Position numbers and translations under genes: made by a program | Assembly: GCA_907165135.1 (NCBI GenBank) | Contig: OU015567.1 | Span: 14,384,001-14,448,000, forward strand | Reading direction: 5' to 3' | Origin: Oikopleura dioica | Taxonomy: Eukaryota; Animalia; Chordata | DNA length: 64,000 nucleotides | The notes under the pieces: generated by a model | Databases searched by the model: none | What the model was told of the DNA's origin: nothing | Seen by the model: the letters and a program-made list of their open reading frames with translations, nothing else | Shown here: positions 12,588 to 21,956 of the stretch, piece by piece | How positions within the stretch are numbered: position 1 is the stretch's first letter | How the letters are laid out: every line of letters begins with the position of its first letter

Positions 12588-13705
12588 TAGTAAACAGGGC
12601 TGGTAAATTAGCGCACTATTTTCTCTCGAAGAAAAAAATTAGCGCACTAATTTTTTAGAGACATTTTCGCGTCTTTCGCGCCTTTAGTGCACTAAAATGA
12701 CACTAATTTTTCCACTTGGGGAAATTAGTGACTTTTCGAGAGCTGATCAGCACTAAAGACGCGAAAAAGAGGCTCTTTTTCATCATCCAATAGGCTCTTC
12801 CCGGATGATAGTTTCATGGAAGACGATTTTGATCAGGGAAGAATTTCTTCAAACTGAAACTGCTTGATATATAAAAATCAATGCATCGTAAATATGACAC
12901 AATTTAATTTGATACATTAAAATCACTTCTTCGGACCAAAATCCTGACCCCAATGTTTTTCGTTCTTATCTTGTAGCGCAGATTCTGGGGAGTCGAATGG
13001 TATAATTTTTATGGGTCGATTATTCTATATTATATCGGGTTCTAGAGCTATAAGTACGTGAAAATAACAAGTACTGAAGCCACAGAACTCTGAAACTTTC
13101 ATTATAAAGTATAGTGATTTTGGGCTCTTTCGAAAGCGCAGCTCAAACTGTGGTTGGGCAGACTATGCTCGACGTAAAATTTTGTGAAAAAAATTTTGAG
13201 TGGAAAGTTTTTTGGCTCAAAAAATTTTGCTGTTGAGAATTATCGGCTGCCCACCAACTGCCCAACCACAGTTTTAGCCGGGCTTTCCAATGATACCCAT
13301 ATGTCCATACTTTCTTTGGAAATTTTCGGAGATACAGGGCTTCACTAGAATTTTTCAATAGGGGCGCCTATGACGTCATTAATGATGACTCAGACCCTCA
13401 AAACTATATGAATCGACTCCTCAGGAGTTGCCCTTTCGAATGAGCATAAGAAAGATGGAGGGTAGAATTTTCTTCCGAAGAAGTGATTTTAATGTATCAT
13501 TTTAAAAAAATTACTTATTTAGTAACAAATAAGTTGAAAAGAATAAAAGTCAACTTTTGTTGGAAATTCTTTTGTCGAGTTAAATGATGAGCTAAGATAA
13601 GCTTTGCTAGGGAGGTCCTCTCCTAATTTTTTATCGCAGGGCCATTCGCAGCTGGATCTTCCTGCTTTTCTTCATTTTTTCCAAGTTCCTTGATTTTTAA
13701 TTTAA

Positions 13706-14089
13706 GGGGTAGAAACAGCTTTCTAGATTTTGCACTGCTGCTACATAAAAGAAAGTATAAGATTTATTTATGTTCACGGAATTTCCTCATAAATGCTCCT
13801 AGAAAAAGGGTTGAGCTTCACAAAAATATGAATGAAATTTGTTTAACTATCAGGGGACTCGAGATATTCGTGTTTGAAAATTGGCGAAAATCGAGAATTT
13901 CGGAGAGATGAGCTACTTCTGAGCCCGCTTACTCAAAAATTTGATGACTAAAACAAATTTTGAGGGAGATGTTCCTAGATCTAAGATGTATCTATCTATA
14001 TATAAAGAGAGAAATTGAAAATGTAAGATTCTCTTGTCTGTAGCGCTGGTCAAAAATGGTCTTTTTCGAAAAAAGCTGTTTCTACCCCC
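13706..14089. mobile_element. TTAA-flanked MITE (Kolobok-like termini)
   Basis: TTAA|GGGGTAGAAACAGCTTT ... AAAGCTGTTTCTACCCCC|TTAA. Purine-start termini with a TTAA TSD fit Kolobok better than piggyBac (inference). Confidence 0.65.
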
Positions 14090-14259
14090 TTAAGGAGCTT
14101 GACGGCCCTTCGTCAATTTTGAAATCCGTCTCCGCGCCCGCGGAAAATGTTGCGGGTTTTCCAACACTGTTGATAACTGCTAATGAAGACTTCCTCCCAA
14201 AGTTATCTTTAGTTTTCTAGGATATAGGCTATCATATAGCATTGTAAGTTTTGAGTAAA

Positions 14260-14896
14260 GATGATTTCAAAAAACTTTTTGTGGGTCCGGAAATCTTAAA
14301 AACTGCAAGTGCAGTTTTCTTCAGCTCCTCGAGACGAGTTGAATGATGGGTCTAACTCTTGATAACTCTAAGGATTTACCGGTTTACCGGCTGGTTACCG
14401 GAAAATACGTTGTCACCGGCCGTTTTGTTCTAGAAGTGGTCAACAGATGCTCGACCCAGGAAACTGTTCCTTATAGTCAGTTCTATTGCAGGCTAAAAGA
14501 TGAAAGTCGTATCATTACTCCGAAGAGAGTTATCACTAAAAACAGTAAATTTTGCATAAATTTCGTTGTCGCTGCACGTTCCTGATTTTTAGCCCCATTT
14601 CCGCCAAAAATAGTATTTTAGTGATAACTATTTTCGGAGTAATGATACGACTTTCATCTTTTAGCCTGCAATAGAACTGACTATAAGGAACAGTTTCCTG
14701 GGTCGAGCATCTGTTGACCACTTCTAGAACAAAAACGGCCGGTGACAACGTATTTTCCGGTAACCAGCCGGTAAACCGGTAAATCCTTAGAGTTATCAAG
14801 AGTTAGACCCATCATTCAACTCGTCTCGAGGAGCTGAAGAAAACTGCACTTGCAGTTTTTACGATTTCCGGCCCCACAAAAGTTTTTGAAATCATC
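14260..14896. repeat. Long near-perfect inverted repeat (foldback): arms ~280 bp, spacer ~74 bp
   Basis: 14260-14541 is the reverse complement of 14616-14896 with few differences; ORFs 14343+ and 14799- share the same peptide. Confidence 0.92.
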
Positions 14897-15580
14897 AAAA
14901 TGTATTGGGAGGAAATCTGCTTTCTGAATTACAAGGTAAGCATGAACTTGGGAGAAGATCTCCCTTCTGAATTATAAAATAAATTTGATTTTGTTAATAA
15001 AGAATTATATCAACAATTCGCACAAGGCTGCTCCAGCTGCAGACTTTTGAGCAGTGTTTGAAAAATGGTGAGCGCGAGCCACGAGCGAGCGCGAGCGAGT
15101 GAGCGAGCGCTCATGCTCACTCATTCACGTATGTATTTTTCCCTATATAATATAGGCTATATTTGTTACTTTATATTTATAAAGAAAATTAACAAATGAA
15201 TTGACAAAGTCTTTTTGACTTTATATAAAACTTACGTATTCTTTAGAATTAAAGAGCCCGCGCTCATTGGCGGGCCAATCAGCAGCCCTTATTTTCGACA
15301 CTTTTCGAGACACACGCGAAAGAGACGCGAAAGTCACTAAAGTCTCGACAAAATAAATTCGCGCACTAATTTTAGTGCACTAAAAATTTTCGACAGATTT
15401 TAGGACGCGAATTTACCAGCCCTGGTAGTAAATATCGAAATCGTCGCGTCACATGATTCGTAATCGCAAGAGCCGGAATTTCGCGAACTGAGCAAACACT
15501 ACTTTTACTTTGTTATCGTTCTTTTTTTATTTGGCCAGGAAGACAAACATTTACAATTGAGCAATTTTCAGCACCCTCGA

Positions 15581-15770
15581 ACTCGGCAATCTGTGTAGAA
15601 AACCTGAGTCAGGGACCCTGACTCAGGTCTCTGAAAAAGCTTTGTTAAAGCCGCAATCCAACTTCTGGATAAGCCGCTTCGCGACTTTGTTCTTAAAAAA
15701 GCCGCGACGCGGCTTTTAACAAAGTCCTGTCTGAACCCTGACTCAGGTTCTATAAACAGGTTACCGAGTT
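15581..15770. mobile_element. MITE family with ctgtgtagaaaacctgagtcagg TIRs (TGACTCA family), copy 1
   Basis: ctcggcaatctgtgtagaaaacctgagtcagg ... cctgactcaggttctataaacaggttaccgag. Confidence 0.75.
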
Positions 15771-16306
15771 GAGCCCTCTTATTCTTCGTCTTTTACGAAG
15801 AGTGAGCGGAAATGAAACTGAAAATTGCTCCCAATGCAGGAGACAATAAAAATCAAACACCTGCAATAATTATTCTGACGATTGTCAATTTACAATTGTC
15901 GTGACGCTGGAAAATTGTCGCTCAAGAATTCTCCTCTTGAAAATGTAAGCTTACTTTCTCAAAGCAAAACGTCTCGAAGCTCATAAATTCTCTCAACGAA
16001 GAAAATAGGCCAATAAATCACTGTTTCTTGACAAACCCTTGATGTCTCAAAAAAATCGAAATTTCCGCAGGAAATCAATATTTTCTCGCCAACCGCTGTT
16101 CGAAAGAACAAAATATTCTCCAAGCTACTTACTCTCATGGAACTCCTCTTGATATTCTTCAAGTCTCTCTTGAAATTATCAAATGTACTTGTGGCTTCCA
16201 TTTGAAATTGGTGGGCTTTGATTTGGGTGTTTTACTTTCAATTAGAAACAGATTTTGATGCAATAAAATATGAGCTTTGATGAAAAAGAAATTCTTCAAG
16301 ACCTGT

Positions 16307-16480
16307 CTCGGTAGCCTGTGTAGAAAACCTGAGTCAGGGTCCGTAAAAGTTAAGTGACTCTTTTAATATATTTTTTAAGTGATGGTGAAGCCGATTTGCG
16401 GCTTTGTTTTAATAAAAGCCGCTACGCGGCTTTTCATAAAGAATTTCAAAGTCCTGACTCAGGATTTCTACAAAGTTCGG
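16307..16480. mobile_element. TGACTCA-family MITE, copy 2
   Basis: ctcggtagcctgtgtagaaaacctgagtcagg ... cctgactcaggatttctacaaag; shared core aaaagccgc. Confidence 0.7.
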
Positions 16481-17344
16481 CAACCAATTTCAAGGGTTAT
16501 ATTCAAAATAAGTCACCCTTCCTATATCCCCTTCCGGAGGCATAATATGTACAAAAATATTAATTCAAATAAATATCAGCGCGCTAGAGTCGCTCATTCC
16601 TCTTTTTCCTCCATGTCTTCATTAGAAAATCTCTGTTCGCAAAAAGAAGAAAAACACTTGAAAAGTTGTAATGGCGCCTTGTAAAAAAAAGTCGCGGGGA
16701 GCAGCGAAGCGCAAGTTTGAGTGAGCCGCGATTTTGAGGAGTGGGCGCTCTGGCTCAGCCAATTTCGAATTGAGAAGAAAAAATAGCTTGAGCCAGGGCT
16801 TGTTTGGACAGGACGAGCACAAAAAGCCAAGGCCAATTCAAAAGCAAGGCCAAGAACAAACGAGAGAGTATATTTTTTCTGCGCTGGAAAGGGGCCAATT
16901 CTAAGAATAGACATTTTTCAATCAGCGAGCGTTTTTTGATACAGCGGCTTAGAGAGCGCGTGGGAGCCAGAAATTGCGACGATCATCGCTTCCCGTCAAG
17001 AGTCAAATTGAATAGAATCAAGACGCCAGAAAATGTATTGCCAGTGGCATCGTTATTTAAATTTATTGATGAGGAGTATTCGTATTGCATCGGAGAGACG
17101 CGAGACGATAAAAAGGGCATTGATCTTGGATGATCCAACTTTGTGACTTGTGGCTGAATTCAGCCTCATTTACAAGGCATATGCTAACTCGATCGATCGT
17201 TTTGTTTGCATGTGATCTAAGTTATGCCATTCTGGAGTGCTTATTGACCGTTTTTCAGATTGAACTCTGATTGCTTTTCTAATTATTTATTATTATTCGA
17301 TGTTCCAACAAAATTTAGTGCCAGGAATCCTGACTCAGGATCTG

Positions 17345-17512
17345 AGCTCGGAAATATTTGTAGAAAACCTGAGTCAGGCTCAGAAGAGTCTAATGGAAAA
17401 GCCGCGCTAGAATCCTGAATCAGGATCTGAAGCCTGAGTCAGATCTTTACGCGGTGTTTCCGTTAGACTCTTGTGAGCCTGACTCAGGTTTTCTACACAG
17501 CTTTCCAAACCC
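17345..17512. mobile_element. TGACTCA-family MITE, copy 3
   Basis: tgtagaaaacctgagtcaggctcagaagagtctaa ... ttagactcttgtgagcctgactcaggttttctaca. Confidence 0.75.
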
Positions 17513-18040
17513 AGCTCAGGATACTGACGATCTGATTAACCATACCGAAAACTATACTCCAAAATTTACTCTTGAGAAATTTCAAATTTGCGTAAAATGA
17601 GGCCATTTGACAGGTCAAAATGTAAACAGCGTCATGAGTAAAAGAATCTTACCTTGGTTCGGTATCTTCCTTGAGTAAACTCTCTTTTATCCTTTTTACA
17701 ATATCTCTTTTATTCCCTTCCCAAACGGAGCTGGTTCGATTTCTGTTTTTAATTTCAATATTTACTCGCTTGGATTGAATGTCGCCAACGTAACACTCAA
17801 TATAGCTCGTAGCTCGGGATTGCTCTTGATTTTCAAAATTGCTCGTTCATGGGTAAAATGAGTGGAAGGGAAAAAGAGTGTCTGGAAATATACCCTCGAA
17901 CCAAACCACACGAGTGGTCGTTTCAAGTGATCCCCTCGATGAATGTTCAATCATCTTCGGTTTCTCTTATGAATCATCTTCAGAAAGACTTCCTTTTTTA
18001 GAAAAGGAAGAAAAAGAACGGTCTTTCTTTGATTTATACA

Positions 18041-18378
18041 TAGGCCTCGGACGTAAAAAATCATCACCACCAGCCGGTCTTCGTACGTTAACAAGACTCT
18101 AGTCTTCATTCCTAGCCTAGCTCATTCGAAAGCTCTTAAAAAGGGCTTTCTATTGGGCTTATAAAAAAACTGGGCCTTGTCCTCTTTTTTTGAGATATTT
18201 GATTTTTAAAGTAAGCTTCGAAAAATATTTTTCGAAATAACTCGTCACAGAAAGGGAGGGCCCAGTTTTTTTTATCGGTCAAATAGAAAGCCCTTATCAA
18301 GAGCTTTCGAATGAGCTCACTCCTGTTCCCGTACGATGACCGGATGGTGAAAATCGTCTTTTTTACGTCCGAGGCCTA
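18041..18378. mobile_element. hAT-type MITE
   Basis: TIR TAGGCCTCGGACGTAAAAAA / TTTTTTACGTCCGAGGCCTA with perfect 8-bp TSD tttataca. Confidence 0.85.
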
Positions 18379-18820
18379 TTTATACAAAAAAATTTCCCAC
18401 TTCCAAAAGCACTAAAAGGTCTAAGTAGGTATGCATACCTTTGAAACGCTGCAACAGCCCCTTTTCTCTACTTTTTCGCCGCCGCCAAAGTAAAAAAGAT
18501 TTTTGGTAATGCCCGATGGTAATTATTAACGAAGCATAAATAGTACACAAAACAACTCACATAACAAACAATTTTGTTCCATATCGCTTCCTACACTACT
18601 GCAATTTGCGCTCATTGTTTTTTTCCCTAGACCGTCATTTTTGCCATGAACCGCATTATTTCAGACCCTGACTCAGGGTTTATACACAGGTTCCAGAGCT
18701 CATCTCTTTGAATTTTACAATTTGTGAATTGGTATAATTGCTACTAGAATAATACAGTGAGAAACTTGCGAACTATTGAGCAGTGACGTTATTAATAAAT
18801 TTAACTTGCTAGAAAAACGG

Positions 18821-20023
18821 TTATTTTTCCAGAATACTATTCGGCACATCGGACGCCCGGACTTCTTTCCCGTTGACGAAGAGCGTCTTGCCGTTCCACT
18901 TGATCGTTTTGTTCTCTTTCTGCGCCTAATTAACTGTTAGAAGACAAGTTAATGAAATATTATCGCCCGGAACGAAGCGATAATTAGACTGCGCAGAAGA
19001 ATCGAGTTAGAATCGAGTCCTTACCAGTTTTGCGTAAGCTTCTAGTTTCGCATTATCGTGGATTTGCTTGAGCGTGAGATCTTCTCTGATCTCGAACTGG
19101 GCAGGAAGCACTTTTCGTTTGTAGAAAATTCTTGTTTTGTCTTTCCAGCGCTGGAATTTGACGAGAATGGGTTTCGGATTCGATTTTCCGTCATCGTGCC
19201 GCTAGAATTTCTTTGAGAATCGAGGTTTCTTATGACTGGACTCGGCAGTCTGAGTCAGGTTCTGAAGAGGCTATTATAAAAGCCGCGTAGCGTTCTTCAG
19301 AGCCTGACTCAGGTTTTCTTCGAGCCTATTTTATGAGAGAAAGCTTCTTTACCTCGCAGTATTCGATGTCTTTGTCTTTCAAGTCGATTTCCATTTTTGA
19401 AACAAGAAGCTGGCGAACTAATTTTTCAGGATCTTCTTCTGGTCCTTCTTCTGCGAGGCCGAAAAACAGCAAGTTGTATTTCTAAAATTGGCGACGATAA
19501 AGAAGGGATGAGTGGAAAAAAAAACAATTAGCAGACGACGCAAGGCCGACTTACCTTTGTGTATTGCTCGAGGACGTCAATCTGATTATCGTGACTTGAG
19601 ATAGAGAGTCCCGTCTTGTTAGTGTCGAGCGAAAGCTGAAGTTGCTCGTCTAAGAGTCGCTGCTGCGATTCCTGCATCGCCTCAACGCTTTTGATAATGG
19701 AGTCTACTTGTCGATCGATCGCGTTTTGCCGTTCTAGGTTACAAGTTCAAAATTCTAACTTTTACTTCAAGGGTTATTTTATCGACAATTTTCAAGCGGT
19801 TCATTTTTTCGAAGGAATAATTGAGTCTGACCGAAGCTCGTTCAGAATAGCTTATGTAGTCAACAAATTGAAAAGAACCAGACTTGAAAGAGAAAAAAGC
19901 CGCGTTCTTAGAATTCACAGGGGGCACTGTATTACCTGAAAGATAAAGGACCATGGCGACAAAGAGAACTGCCAGAAACAAAAGCGGCCTGACGAGGGTG
20001 GCGACTGAGACCTGCCGAAACAT
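18821..20023 (-). CDS. 5-exon, 225-aa protein: signal peptide/anchor + coiled coil + LINE ORF1p-like RRM/CTD module
   Basis: Exons 20023-19936, 19733-19555, 19481-19353, 19201-19025, 18925-18821; all four introns GT-AG and phase-consistent. Motifs LEQYTKKYNLLFFGLAEE, PKPILVKFQRWKDK, FEIREDLT, IKWNGKTLFVNG. Confidence 0.75.
19240..19326. mobile_element. Short TGACTCA-family MITE in intron 3 of the ORF1p-like gene
   Basis: ctcggcagtctgagtcaggttctgaag ... cttcagagcctgactcaggttttcttcgagcc. Confidence 0.65.
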
Positions 20024-20421
20024 CTCTTACGACGTTTTCTTTTCTTGCTTTTCGTGAACTATCTCTGCATCGATAAGGCAAAAGCTAATTACTGACTAAA
20101 ATGCGGCTGAAATGAGGATTTCGGAGATGTGGTCGGCGACCATGTTTGCCAGAAACTCGCGAACTTGCCCGAGGGAGGATCGCACGGGCCAACGATTTAC
20201 GAGTTCTTGAACCTTTCATGCAACGTAGGGGTCAATTCTGCCGTCCATTTATGGGCGGAACGAGTTTTAACAGGGGCCGTGATTTATGAGATTCGAAACA
20301 AAGAAAATGGAGAATCGCTGACGAGAAAAATAGCGTTTTTTCTGGCCATTTAAAAAGTAGATGTGAGAGTTTATTGTCAATTCGTGTGAGGAAAAAATGC
20401 CATCGCTCGAAGAAGGGTAAG

Positions 20422-21601
20422 TTAGGGGCAGCTTTTGTCGACCATGTCGTAAAGGACTCCTTCCAAAGACAGTTGAGAAACATCAATGGGAGCATCACTG
20501 GCGGGCACTTGTCCTCGATCTTGGGCCAAAAGATCATCTTGGGTACTGGAGAAAAGTGGAGGAGAAAGTGGAGGGGTAGCGTCGTCGTCGGTTTCCTGAA
20601 ACTCGACGGTGCTTTCATCACTGGTCTCATTTCCAAGCCTGGAATCCCAGTCATTCCAGTAGTTCCAGCTCACTTGACTGAGAGATTGAGAAGCTGGAGG
20701 AGTCTGCGCTGCTTGCGGTTCTTTTTCTTCTTCATCTTCATCGGATAACAATTCATCGTCGTCGTCCAATTCAGCTGGAATCGCCAACGAAGGAATTTCT
20801 AACTCTCGTAGACGCTTCTTCTCGTTATCAGTTGTCGATTCTGATTCGGAGAGCATTTTTATGTGCTCTTGCCAGATCTCCTGAAAAAGTAAGTTTCAAA
20901 ATCGTAACAAGAATCAAGAGGCGTTACCTTGAATTTGTCATCTTTCGCAAGAAGTTCTTCCTTGCTCTCGTCAAAGTCCCTGATTGGCATCCAGAGAAGA
21001 TCTCTTATGTCTCTTAGATCGTCGTCGTCCCCTTCGTGCTCAGAAAGACATTTCTGATGGAGGAAAAAGAGGTCTTTGTGAGTGTAAGGAAGCTCTTCAA
21101 TCTCCAGATTCCAGGGAATGACGATCCCTTCTTTCAACATCTCCATCGCGCGGTCCATGATGTCTTCTTCGTACTTGATCAATCGCTTTACTATCGCAAA
21201 GAGCTCCACCATTTGACTGCCCCAGATACCTTGGCCCGGGTTCGTAATGACTCCATGCTGAGCCATAGCTCTCTGGAGAATGTCTCTGTGGGCACATGCG
21301 ATGCCTTCCTCAGACTCTTCATATTCATCTCCGCTAAGCCTTGCTTCCTCTTCGTCGTCTTCTTCGTCTTCCTCGATTCCTTCGTCTTCTTCGTCTTCCT
21401 CGACTTCTGAAATGACTATTTCTGCCTCGTTGCTATTGTTAGTTTCAGGGCCGAAAAGCTGAAGAAATGTCAAAAAATAGTTTGGAGAAGTTTTACTCTT
21501 ACATGATCAAGAATAAACTTGTCCACTTCGAAGCGCACTTGTGAGTCTATATCAACGATCGGCAGCGATCGATGCAGCGCAGCAAAGTCGAAAGAAGTCA
21601 T
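20422..21601 (-). CDS. Uncharacterised highly acidic protein, multi-exon
   Basis: Long D/E-rich ORFs 20859-21473 and 20422-20856 plus a short first exon MTSFDFAALHRSLP..; GT-AG junctions; no family recognised. Confidence 0.6.
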
Positions 21602-21956
21602 ATTCTCCCCCTCTCTCTTGTCTAAAGAATTTTGTATAAAACGACTTGTTGAAGTGAATTGGTGTTTATTGAAGTGCAATCGGCAGTTTTTCCGTTTAGA
21701 ATTTTGGATGCTGCGGAATTTTATGTTTGGCAAAACATTCAAGTTGGGTCAGTAAAAAATAAAAGAAAACGCAGAGAAGGGAGATAAGAAAGAGGTCAGT
21801 AAGGAATTATTTTAGGAAGTTTGGAATTTCTGAAAAATGAACGTCGAATGAATCGAGTTACTGTAACAAGGCGGATTGAAACAAGTTTAAATAGTAATAG
21901 TTTTTTCTGAAGCATGCTTTTGGGATAGAAAAAATCAGGAACAGTGAAGATGAAGA

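Larger units (their letters stand above)
12595..15424. mobile_element. Non-autonomous hAT-type element, 2.83 kb, with nested insertions
   Basis: TIR CAGGGCTGGTAAATT / AATTTACCAGCCCTG; perfect 8-bp TSD gtagtaaa on both sides; subterminal gcgcacta/tagtgcac/acgcgaaa repeats; no transposase ORF. Confidence 0.85.

Noticed and set aside
14343-14799. Two ORFs with identical peptides on opposite strands
   Set aside because: A by-product of the inverted repeat; no coding features.
15959-16201. ORF resembling a hAT transposase dimerisation tail (RSSMRVSSLENILFF)
   Set aside because: The similarity lies in what looks like a 37-nt GT-AG intron, and no DDE or other transposase motifs are nearby.
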